A DNA stretch of 63,261 nt, counting the filler, from Squatina squatina (taxonomy: Eukaryota), in assembly GCA_031763465.1 (NCBI GenBank). It is 4 parts of 4 records of this genome, joined end to end, with 100 filler letters (N's around TTAATTAATTAA, not from the genome) between each part and the next. Parts side by side here need not be neighbours in the genome. Positions count along the whole stretch, not along the records: positions 49,913 to 63,261 come from JARFOE010000168.1; 3 more parts are not named here. One strand, given 5' to 3'. How positions within the stretch are numbered: the stretch's first letter is position 1; every line of letters starts with the position of its first letter. Position numbers and translations under genes: made by a program. This document shows positions 52,891 to 63,261 of this stretch, in pieces. The notes beneath the pieces were generated by a model. It saw nothing but the letters and a program-made list of their open reading frames with translations. It had not been told where the DNA came from and made no database searches.

Positions 52891-55800
52891 GCTAGTGGCG
52901 GATAGTATAATCGTAGCTGTTGCATTTAATTATAAAATAAGTTACTTTAAGTACTGTAAACTTTATTAAGCTTTCAAAATGTATTTTTTTCATATGTCCA
53001 AAATCCAGTTTTCAACAGGTCTGTAAAGAGAATTAAGGGACCAAGAATACTGCTGTACAGTACTTACATGCTCAAATGAGCTGTTGTTCTGCTTTCTAAT
53101 ATTACAATAGTGTGTGGTGAATGAATTGCACAATACTCTCTCCAGCCTCCTCGTCTTCTCCTCCAGCACTGTCCCCAAATCCTAGAGGCCTTGGGTCAGT
53201 TCAGCAACAGAGAAGCATGCTCCTCCTGTGGTGTTAACCTCCCAACATCTACTGCTACTCATACTGCTCCTGAAGTACCTTGTTTTGCAAAGTTAATGAA
53301 ACAACAGACACAGGACAAAGCTACTGCAAATTAAGCACCTCTTGATGTCAGCACATTTCGCTTCATTTCTACTCCTCAAAGTTATTTTTTCCTCTCTTTC
53401 CTGGTCTCTCCAGACCGTATACAAACTACAGCTGTGAGGGTTGATACGGCGACCTGTCCTCAAGCTTGGCACCAGCTGGCACTGAGTAAGCGTGGTCCTT
53501 TTGACTCTTCAGCTGATTCCAACACCTTCCCATAAAGCATNNNNNNNNNNNNNNNNNNNNNNNNNNNNNNNNNNNNNNNNNNNNNNNNNNNNNNNNNNNN
53601 NNNNNNNNNNNNNNNNNNNNNNNNNNNNNNNNNNNNNNNNCCAAGATAATTGGGGAAGTTTCCCTATAGGCCAGCAATCAGGAACTTGCGTTGCTGGGCT
53701 GCACGGGCAAGCTGTGTGCTCAGCCTACCCACTATAAACCTCGGCCTCTGAGCCAGTGAATCAGAAACAGAGCCCTAAAAATTCAGGAACAAATGATCAA
53801 CGATAATTTGACCTTTCTGTGTATCACAGCAATTCACCTTTTAAACCTATGCCCCTGCAAAAGATCTGAATCTTGTAATAGTCCCATTATGTTGCTTTTA
53901 TGCTACATTTTTGATATTGGAATGGTGCAGGGTTCCATCACATGCATGTAAAAAATTGGGAATTACACATGCAGTGTTAGTGAAGTCACCTTGAAATTAT
54001 AGGCATCCGCTTTTTGTGTCAAGGCAGTTGGTATGCAACAGTACCAAAAACGGTAACCGTATAAATTTGAAAGCGAACTTTGCCATCCCGCTCCACCACC
54101 ATTCATTTTTTAATGATTGAAAAGAACAGGCTATTTCCACATCTGTTTTTAACGGTTACACTAGTAGTGATGGGAGGCCAGTGAGGAGTGCTGTGTGTGC
54201 ATTCAATTATGCATGCATGAAGCTCTGCCTTCCCCAATTTCACAAGAATGTGAGCAGCCTGTGAAAACAAAGCTCTCTCCTTGCTTTGCCATAAAAATAC
54301 AGCCCAAATTGTAGCCATTTGTGCAGTATAAAAGCTGTATTTTTTTGTTTTAATTTTTCCTGTCTCTTTGTCTTTTGCTTTTCCTACTATTTTCCCTCTT
54401 TTCCTCCTCTCCTATTCCTCTGTTTTCTATCTCTCTTTTTCTTTTCACAGCCCAGCTAGATATATCCTATATAGGTAGACTGTAGTCAGTATCAGCAGGC
54501 TCTTGCTACCAGCCAGCTGGGAAGCAGGGACTGCTCCAATCCAAATTCCAGCCTAAAATTAGCAGCTCAAGATGTAGTGTACAGTTTATAAAATTAGTCC
54601 ACCTTACATTTGGCAAAATCAGTCCCCTTTGCAATGGTGCGCAATATCCTTTTATGGAACTTCTATTGTTCCAGAAGGCAAAAGGTGGAAGACTACTGAC
54701 CTGAGTTTGTTCCTCAAAAAGGAATAGTTAGACATTCAGTATGACAGGTTAAGAGAAAACATGTGAGCCATGTAAAAAAATGTCTGGTTGCAGTGGAAAG
54801 CTGCATCTGGAAATGCTGAAACTGTCTGTGACATATAATTTGTGTATTAGAAGTTGAAAATGTCAGTATCCATGATTGGCTTTTTCTTTCCCCAAGTACG
54901 CATAAGCTATGTACTCTGGGTATGTTTGGCATTAGTAATTTGTATAAACATTCCCGTGGAGGCAAGTTTCCTAGGTGACAGAATTATTACTTACCTTGTC
55001 GGGGCTGCTTCATTCTTTAAATTCAGGGTACCTCAAACGCCGCTGCAGTGGGGGCTGGCACAGACTGTCTGGAGAGAAATACAAAGACATAACCTCCCTT
55101 TGAGGCTACGTAATTTCCCCAAGCTGTACAAGAGGGCCACGTTAATGAGACATGTTTGTTTTCATCAACATAGTACCTATAAAAGACAGCCCCTGAAAAG
55201 GCCCAAGTGGTCAGCCAGCTGGCAGCGCAATGTAGGATTCATTAGTGGCTCAGTGATATCCGTTCAGTTGCTAGTCGGATCTCAGTAACTCATAATGGAG
55301 GACTTGTGAAATGTATGTACTGTCCACTTAACTGCAAATAATAATAATGATAAGCAAACATTGATTGCATCCTTCCAAATGTGGATTTGGTCTCAAGAGA
55401 CTATTTTCCAAGCTATGCAACACCAAAGTGAAGCACTGATGGTGGGGTAGTTTGAGCTGAAGAATTGAAAACATCACACCAGAGGCATAATGGCACAACA
55501 TTAAAGCATAACAGTTTCAGCACTGTTTTTCCACGAGCACGTTAATACCAATACGCTAAGTGAGCCAAGTGACAGCACTGCGGTAGATCATCCAACTCTC
55601 ATGTTCAGAGTTTTACACCTCTGGGAATGGGGAGTCTCTGAACAGAAATGTCAAGGAGGGTTGAGAAGGAACATCAGCTCTGGATAGGAGGATAACTGCG
55701 TGGATATAAACTTTTAAATAGAGGTGTTGATGGAATCAAAACACTAGTCACTACAAATTAGCACAGGAGCACAGATGCAACCAAAACACTCAGCTTTCCT

Positions 55801-58698
55801 ACCTGGATTACCTCAGAAATTGAAATGAGTGCACTGAAAGCAGACCCAAAGTGATGGGTAGCGAGGACGAGGCCAGAGAGCAACCCCTGGAATAAACATG
55901 CAGTCATGATCTTATCATCCCTTTTCTACTGGAAATTTTAAGCTCAGAAAGGAAAACTCCAATGAAGTAACCCAAATCCTCAAAAGTATAAGTGTTAAAA
56001 GGGGGCAACAGCCGATGGTACAGTTGATGCAGAGCAAGACAAACAACAGAAAATTCTATGAAGGTGACTAGCTGCAGCATTTGAATGTTGTCTCTGTACC
56101 GTCTCAACGCTGGCCAATTCCAGGTGACAACTCCCCTTTATGTTGCTTCTGCAGCACTGGCTGGTCCTGGAGCAATCCACACCCTCACATCATTGTAAAT
56201 GAACTTAAGTCAAAGCAAACAGGAGTCAAAATGGGCTAGCAAGAAAATGAAAACATCTAAAAAAAAATCTAATCCGCATCAACAGGGCTGTAGCATTATC
56301 ACTCAAGGTCAGCGAATAGCAAAAAGACTTTGGGTGGCACTCGTTGAAGATGACCTTGCAGCCGGCAGTATCACTAAAGCCATATGATTTGGGACCAGCT
56401 AAATCGGTACAGGNNNNNNNNNNNNNNNNNNNNNNNNNNNNNNNNNNNNNNNNNNNNNNNNNNNNNNNNNNNNNNNNNNNNNNNNNNNNNNNNNNNNNNN
56501 NNNNNNNNNNNNNNNNNNNNNNNNNNNNNNNNNNNNNNNNNNNNNNNNNNNNNNNNNNNNNNNNNNNNNNNNNNNNNNNNNNNNNNNNNNNNNNNNNNNN
56601 NNNNNNNNNNNNNNNNNNNNNNNNNNNNNNNNNNNNNNNNNNNNNNNNNNNNNNNNNNNNNNNNNNNNNNNNNNNNNNNNNNNNNNNNNNNNNNNNNNNN
56701 NNNNNNNNNNNNNNNNNNNNNNNNNNNNNNNNNNNNNNNNNNNNNNNNNNNNNNNNNNNNNNNNNNNNNNNNNNNNNNNNNNNNNNNNNNNNNNNNNNNN
56801 NNNNNNNNNNNNNNNNNNNNNNNNNNNNNNNNNNNNNNNNNNNNNNNNNNNNNNNNNNNNNNNNNNNNNNNNNNNNNNNNNNNNNNNNNNNNNNNNNNNN
56901 NNNNNNNNNNNNNNNNNNNNNNNNNNNNNNNNNNNNNNNNNNNNNNNNNNNNNNNNNNNNNNNNNNNNNNNNNNNNNNNNNNNNNNNNNNNNNNNNNNNN
57001 NNNNNNNNNNNNNNNNNNNNNNNNNNNNNNNNNNNNNNNNNNNNNNNNNNNNNNNNNNNNNNNNNNNNNNNNNNNNNNNNNNNNNNNNNNNNNNNNNNNN
57101 NNNNNNNNNNNNNNNNNNNNNNNNNNNNNNNNNNNNNNNNNNNNNNNNNNNNNNNNNNNNNNNNNNNNNNNNNNNNNNNNNNNNNNNNNNNNNNNNNNNN
57201 NNNNNNNNNNNNNNNNNNNNNNNNNNNNNNNNNNNNNNNNNNNNNNNNNNNNNNNNNNNNNNNNNNNNNNNNNNNNNNNNNNNNNNNNNNNNNNNNNNAG
57301 ACAAATAAAATCGGTCTTGAGTATAAGGTATACTTATCACAATTAGAAATGGTTCCTTAAAAGTAACTGAGTGGCATATTGCCCTTTCACCCGTGACCTT
57401 GACAGCAGCAGAAGCACTACAGATAGCCTCGATGTCCCTGAACTAAACTGGCCATGTCCCCACTCCTGATCCCTAGCAAGTGATCCCTGCTGAAAAGAGC
57501 AGGTGTGTGGACATGGAGGATTGATTCAATCACGCTCAGCTGTGATGCTTCCTGCAGCCAAATCAGCTGCTGATTTTCTCGGCTCACATATTAAAAATGG
57601 GGACTTAGATAAGGTACTGCAGGGTATCTCCTCTCTCTTTCCCAGCACGAGGAAATAATTTCAGGAGAGGAAGAACAGAACAAAATTAGAAAAAAAAGGA
57701 GTTTCAACAATTTTGACCCTTGTTCCCACTGATGTGGATCCACAGCTCAGCACGAGTTGGGATTTACAGACAGAGGAGATACAAGGGTGGACAGTGGGAG
57801 AAGTGTAAAATTCACACAGCTGCAGCATTCAAAGACTAGAATTAAGCGATGTTGTTCAGGCAGAACTGCAGGACTTCACTCTGTATCTACCTGTGTTTGA
57901 TCAACTTCATAATTTCTGACATGGACACTGGCTGCCATTTAGCTGCATTAATCCCTCACCCCAACAAGCAGAAAATTCACCACAATAAATTTTAAAACAT
58001 GAAACTACTACTTGTGGCTCCACAATAACCTTAATCAGTCATGAAACATTTGGGGGAGGGCGGGGAAGAAATGTTCATGCAGGCAATGGATGTGAAAAAC
58101 TTCCAGTTTCAAACCAGAAAAATTCAATCCTCTTTACACAATTCAGGATTAGAAATTAACACGGTAAATATAAGTAAAAAGTCCAACACTCACAATTTGG
58201 CTTTCTGCCCAAAATTATTTAACATGCCAGCAAAAAATGTGTTGAGGTAGTAGGATTTTCTGGTATACTGGAGAGGGTGCCAACTGACAATTTACTGCAT
58301 TCCATTTTATGATTACTGGACTCAACATTCCAACATTGAATTATCATTTAAGTGCTATATTCTGCAGTATTTTCTGGGAATCAAACTGCTAAAATTTCAA
58401 TAGACTGCAAGTAATTAAGTCAATTATTAGACCTTTAGCAAGATCATCATTGCACATTAACTGCATGGAGGCGATGTCATCACAATACCTATTACTGAAG
58501 GGGAAAGAGCTACATCAAAGTGATTTCAAGGCCACAATCTTAAATCGGGTTCAAGTGACAGTTAAAGATGGCTTAAGTTATACTCAAAGTTTATGACATC
58601 ATCTGAACCCCCTGACAAGACTGCTGCCTTGTAATCTCGGCATCCATTATTGTCTTTTTAAACATCACCCAAAAAATCAATCATGAAGTACTACTTGC

Positions 58699-58999
58699 CT
58701 CCAGGCCTGTAGACAACATCATCCTCTGTTACAAATGAAGTTATATCTCCGGTCTCTGCTCTCTCATAACGCGATTTCTTTTTAGGTGGTTTCTTTATTT
58801 TTGACTTTTTCCCAGACTCCTCGTTAGTAGCACTGTCTTTGTCGTTGTCTTCATCTTCAGTGTGGTCACTTTCCGCATAATTCTTCGCACCTCCTTCCAA
58901 AGTGCAGCTGCGGCGCGGCCTGGAATGTTCATTCTCTCGTTTATCCCTTCTATCTCTCTCCTTGTCCCGATCGCGATCTTTCTCTTTATCTGCTGTCAT
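58699..58999 (-). CDS. RERE: RERE (atrophin-2) first coding exon, 100 codons + 1 nt, leading into the BAH domain
   Basis: [46 protein letters not shown]...[12 protein letters not shown]...[10 protein letters not shown] matches the RERE N-terminus. ATG at 58999-58997. Exon ends GGAG|GCAAGT (phase 1). Confidence 0.95.
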
Positions 59000-59097
59000 G
59001 ATTCGCCACGTTCCTTCCTCTGTCCTCTCACGGCTTGGCCTCCGTGAAAGGTAGACAGTAAGCCTGGGCTTCAGTCTTCTGAATTTAATGCTCAATT
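59000..59097 (-). other. RERE: 5' UTR portion of the RERE ATG exon (truncated by gap)
   Basis: Contiguous sequence upstream of the ATG; stop-free in the RERE frame up to the gap at 59098. Confidence 0.7.
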
Positions 59098-59204
59098 NNN
59101 NNNNNNNNNNNNNNNNNNNNNNNNNNNNNNNNNNNNNNNNNNNNNNNNNNNNNNNNNNNNNNNNNNNNNNNNNNNNNNNNNNNNNNNNNNNNNNNNNAAA
59201 AAAC

Positions 59205-59343
59205 AAAAGGAAAGGTCTGTGATAGAGATAAAGAGGTACTTGGGACAGGTGTTCAAGAGCTTGGTCAATATTAGTAGGTAGATTTTAAGGAGCATCTTAA
59301 AGGAGTGAGAGGTAGAGAGGCGGAAAGGTTTAGGGAGGGAATC
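59205..59343 (-). mobile_element. L2 LINE 3' fragment
   Basis: Homologous to ~52200-52312 (ttaaggagcatcttaaaggag.gagaggt.gagaggcg.aa.ggtttagggagggaat). Confidence 0.75.
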
Positions 59344-62300
59344 ATCTGCATTATTAGACATTTTCTAACTCATTTCTATTTCATAGTGGCTTAAATGATG
59401 TCAGCCAACACATCACTTCACTAGCTTGAAACACCAAAATCCCACTTCCTTGCCCGAAAAAAACACATCACAACAGACAGGGCAAAAATTTGCCATCACT
59501 TCTTGTATGGTTCAGGTTTAATTGCAGCAATTTTTTTTAAGAAAGGGAATAGTGTCTAAGCTTACTTTCAGTTTTGTTTACCTTTACCACTTGTAAAAGT
59601 GTGCAGGTGATGGAAGAAGGATCTGATGAAATGTCAGACATTGAACAGCTTCACTTCAGTAAAACTCTTTCTATTCTGACTTTTACTGAATGAAAACCAA
59701 GTTAAAAGAGAGAACAAAAACAAGTCACCTGGCTGCTTTTGCATACTGCTTCATTTGCAAATCATTTGCTCAAACCCCCAGCCATGGCTGGAGAAAGTTT
59801 ATACAAAAAAAATCCCTTCACTCAAAATATATAAACTGAACAAGTACAAACTTTACAAGACAGGATTATAAACCTGCAGCATTTTCTTCGGCTTTAGAAA
59901 ATCCTTTCAGATACATCAATAGTTTTGAACATGTTGCAGTCTGTTGCTTTGTATTTGCATATTTCTCATCAACCCAACTAATTTGCATTTAGACAGAATA
60001 AAAATTCCTTATTTATGAAGATGCCAAAAGTAAACATGCCAACAGTCAAGGTTTTCTGCCAGTTAAGTGACTTGCTCAGCTAATTGCAGAACACTATCTG
60101 GACACCATGCAATTCAAGTAGAAATCATCATGACCAGGCATAGACCTGGGCTTGTTCAATATCTCCACTGAAAATCTTTCACAATTCTGAAGACCTGACA
60201 ATGTAACTGAAGACAGAATGGGTGGAAATACATTACAAAGCTTAAAAACGTCAGGAGTTCAGTTAACATAGACTGACATTGTCATATTCTTGCAGTATAT
60301 AAATTGTCTAATCAAGTTACAACGTTTAAATACGCTCCTCCCAATCATAGTCTGTAAAACTGTATGTTACCTTTTGAAGCTTTCCTCTGGAGTTTCACCA
60401 GAGTTTGTGTCTTCAATTACCACTGCTATCACTGTGGCTTTGTGTGGTTTTCAATGTGACTCTCAGACATGTGACAGGAAGTTTGTATGTGTTACAGTAT
60501 TATGCCTCCAACCCAGAGGTACAATTTGATCAGCTGATAGGAACCAAGGGTTTTATTCAGTAGTACGAAGTCATTTAAATTGCAAACCAGCATCCTCAAA
60601 ACATGCACAGGTTCATTGGTCTAATTTCTATATTAATGAATCACGTTTCAATAATATATTTACTAGCAGTTCAGAGAATAGACCTAATTCTTAATCATAC
60701 AAAAGGAAAACCTTGCTTTAAAGAAGTTTCACCTCATAAAATTCATGGCAGATTAAAAGTGAAAAGCAAAACCCTGAATGGGATCACTAAGTCATTTAGA
60801 AACTGCAAAACCAAGGTGTGTTTTAAGTAAATATAAAATAACTTTGCACAAAAAGGCACACTGCTTATTGGGAACAACCATGTTAAAATAAACAAAATTA
60901 CTGTACAACCTAGTTTCAGAAAGTCCTTTTCCACGAGTGCACTTCACAGAACTCAATAGCTTTTAAAGAACCACATGTTTTCAATCATATATTCCTTAGA
61001 GATCAGAGATGCTTTCCAGTATGTTTGCCGTTTGTCTTTCGTAAGTGCACATTATCATTAACAGCAGTCATAAATCAGATAGCTGCAAGAAATATATATT
61101 TAACTAATCAAAATTTTCTTCAAATAATACAAAAATCTTGTCCATATGCAGAACTAGAAGGAAGAAATGTACTCTTTTTTCAGCAACAAATCTGCTGCAT
61201 GAAGTGAATTTTATGAGAACTAATAACGACATCTGGCAACTGGCAGTTTATTATTGTGCATTTTGTTTGGGGGGATGGGGTGCAAGCATTCATTGTAAGA
61301 TGTCCAGGGAGTCTAGCAGTTGTATAAAAACAGCTTCCATCTACAGGTTGCACAGAAACTGTCAAATGCACAAATCCAAAATGTAGACACAAAACAGTGT
61401 GTGGACATCAAGCTCTTGCAGAGCAAAATCTTTTTAATTTTGTGGCTGGAGATTGAATTTAAGGAAGTCCTTTAAAAGCTTTTTTTGCTTTCAGCCAAAG
61501 CTTCATAATTTCAGTTTTAGCAGCAGTTCAATAACAAATCTATATTTCGCATGTCTGAAAATTACATGCACAAAAAAAAACTATATTGCTTCCAGTGATT
61601 GGGATTCAAGTCAATGCTTTTTTATATCTATTTTCAGTACATCAGATGGAACTAATGCAATCTAAGAGAACGCTGTCTACATATTTGAGTTACTAAATGG
61701 CAAGTCGATGCAGAGGATTTTCTACTGAAAGAATTTTTACAAAAAACTGAAGGCAGAACTTTTTAATCAAAAACTTAAACCAGTTCATATGCATTACTAA
61801 CAACGGACGGAATCCATAACACAATATTTGTTCACCAAATGATTTACAGTAATCCCCTTTTCATTTAATATTTAGAAGCAGATGTGCAGAGTATAATCAA
61901 CACCACATGAGCCTGAAAACCCATCTATATTTAAACTCGTGGCACTAACCCCCACCCTTGAGGCAGTGCTGCCTCCAATTAGTCAATTATTTTGCTTCTG
62001 TGACAGACATTTGTACCAAACAATTACATTCTTTGCTTTTGAACCTGAAATGCAACTTGTTACTTTAATTGTTGAAATGTTTTATCCCCTCGGGTAGCTT
62101 AATTTCAGTAAATCCCCTCATTTCCCCGTAAAAAATAAATTCATCTGTGGAATGGAGAGCAGTGTTGTTGTAGTGATTTGCAAAAAACTGACACAATTTT
62201 AAAACATCTGTAGCAATGTAAGTTCATTTCAGAGCTTCAATGCCATGCAGGCTGACTTATTACACAGAAAAAAATCCTCAAAAATAAGTACAGCAATTTC

Positions 62301-62847
62301 TATCAAATCACTATTTTTAAAAATAATCTCTGTCCCGGACTCAGACCAAAACCAATATTGGACACAAGTAGGAGGAGACTGCTGACAGTTCACTATTCAA
62401 GCTGTGCAAACACACACAGCAGTTAATGTTACAGCCACTTGCGTGCAATCTCTGCCAAATAGATTTTAAAAAGTGACCTTTTAATCGCTCAGTTTTAAAA
62501 CTTTACCCAAAAGGTACTCATTAGGACTAAGCGCCAGCAATGCAAAACAGATTTTAATGGAAAGCTTTTTCCTCCCGTTCTCCAAACACGCAGTATGCAA
62601 CCAGCTCAATTAGTTTAAAGCAGAACTGAGAATTTAGTTAAACCTTGGCTATACAACTTAAAGTAAATTGCATAGGACTTTAAACCAATTGTTGTTGTCT
62701 ATCCAAATGAGAGACTTTCCTAAGGTCGGCTTTCCTCTTGGATTTATAGGAGACTTACACAACTAATATCAAAGGATAAACATTTATGGCCACTTAACTT
62801 TTCACGGTTACGCTACTCACCAAAACATTAGCAAACCTCACAACAGA

Positions 62848-62883
62848 TGTGTGTGTGCATGTGCACACACATATATATATATA
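62848..62883. repeat. Compound (TG)/(CA)/(TA) microsatellite, near-palindromic
   Basis: tgtgtgtgtgcatgtgcacacacatatatatatata. Confidence 0.7.
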
Positions 62884-63170
62884 AAAATAAAAGAGGGAGA
62901 GACACTTGTAGGTCGCACACTGCCCGCTCCTTGCCTGGAGTCTTGCTGTGCACCCATTTGCAGCCCAGTCACCCCTGCTTTGGTTATATGCAGTGAACCG
63001 TCAACTGCCTGATTCAAATACAAAGGACTTAGAAGGTATGGATGATGTGTAGAGGATGGTCAATGAACATACACACACAGACACAGTGTTTCTTATAAAG
63101 AATGGGATAGTTTTATTAATCCGGTAGCTCGCTAGTTCGTATTTACAGGCAATTGTTGATGGAGAGATGG

Positions 63171-63189
63171 TGAGAGAGAGAGAGAGAGA
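63171..63189. repeat. (GA)n microsatellite
   Basis: Directly visible. Confidence 0.8.
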
Positions 63190-63261
63190 CCAGCGCTTCC
63201 TATTCCTAGGCCGAATTCAAGGGATCCCAATAGATAGGCCGTAACGAGGCCTCTAAACTAC

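Noticed and set aside
54340-54450. Long pyrimidine tract ending in CAG (acceptor-like)
   Set aside because: Antisense to the presumed RERE intron with no credible exon after it; likely low-complexity DNA.
56344-57360. Longest ORFs in the track (313-338 aa)
   Set aside because: Almost entirely N gap.

Overview
This is an AT-rich, repeat-littered vertebrate genomic window, most likely from a shark or other cartilaginous fish (inferred from the CR1/HER1-type LINE tails, SacSINE1- and LF-SINE-like pieces and Penelope-type repeats). The assembly is heavily gapped, with many gaps of exactly 100 N. Three artificial N44-TTAATTAATTAA-N44 linkers (17244-17343, 29743-29842, 49813-49912) split it into four blocks whose adjacency is not biological evidence. 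Two host exons are confidently recognisable. One is the 3' part of the first coding exon of ADCY8 (+, 16400-16768). The other is the ATG-containing exon of RERE (-, 58699-58999), which ends in a GC splice donor. The rest is intronic or intergenic DNA. It holds decayed RTE, L2 and CR1 LINEs, tRNA-derived SINEs, Penelope-type repeats with degenerate hammerhead cores, three PIF/Harbinger transposase remnants, many Harbinger-like MITEs (some built from chains of hairpins), two minisatellites and a few unassigned candidate small exons. I see no prokaryotic-type system such as CRISPR or operons. All family assignments come from recalled motifs; no database search was run.
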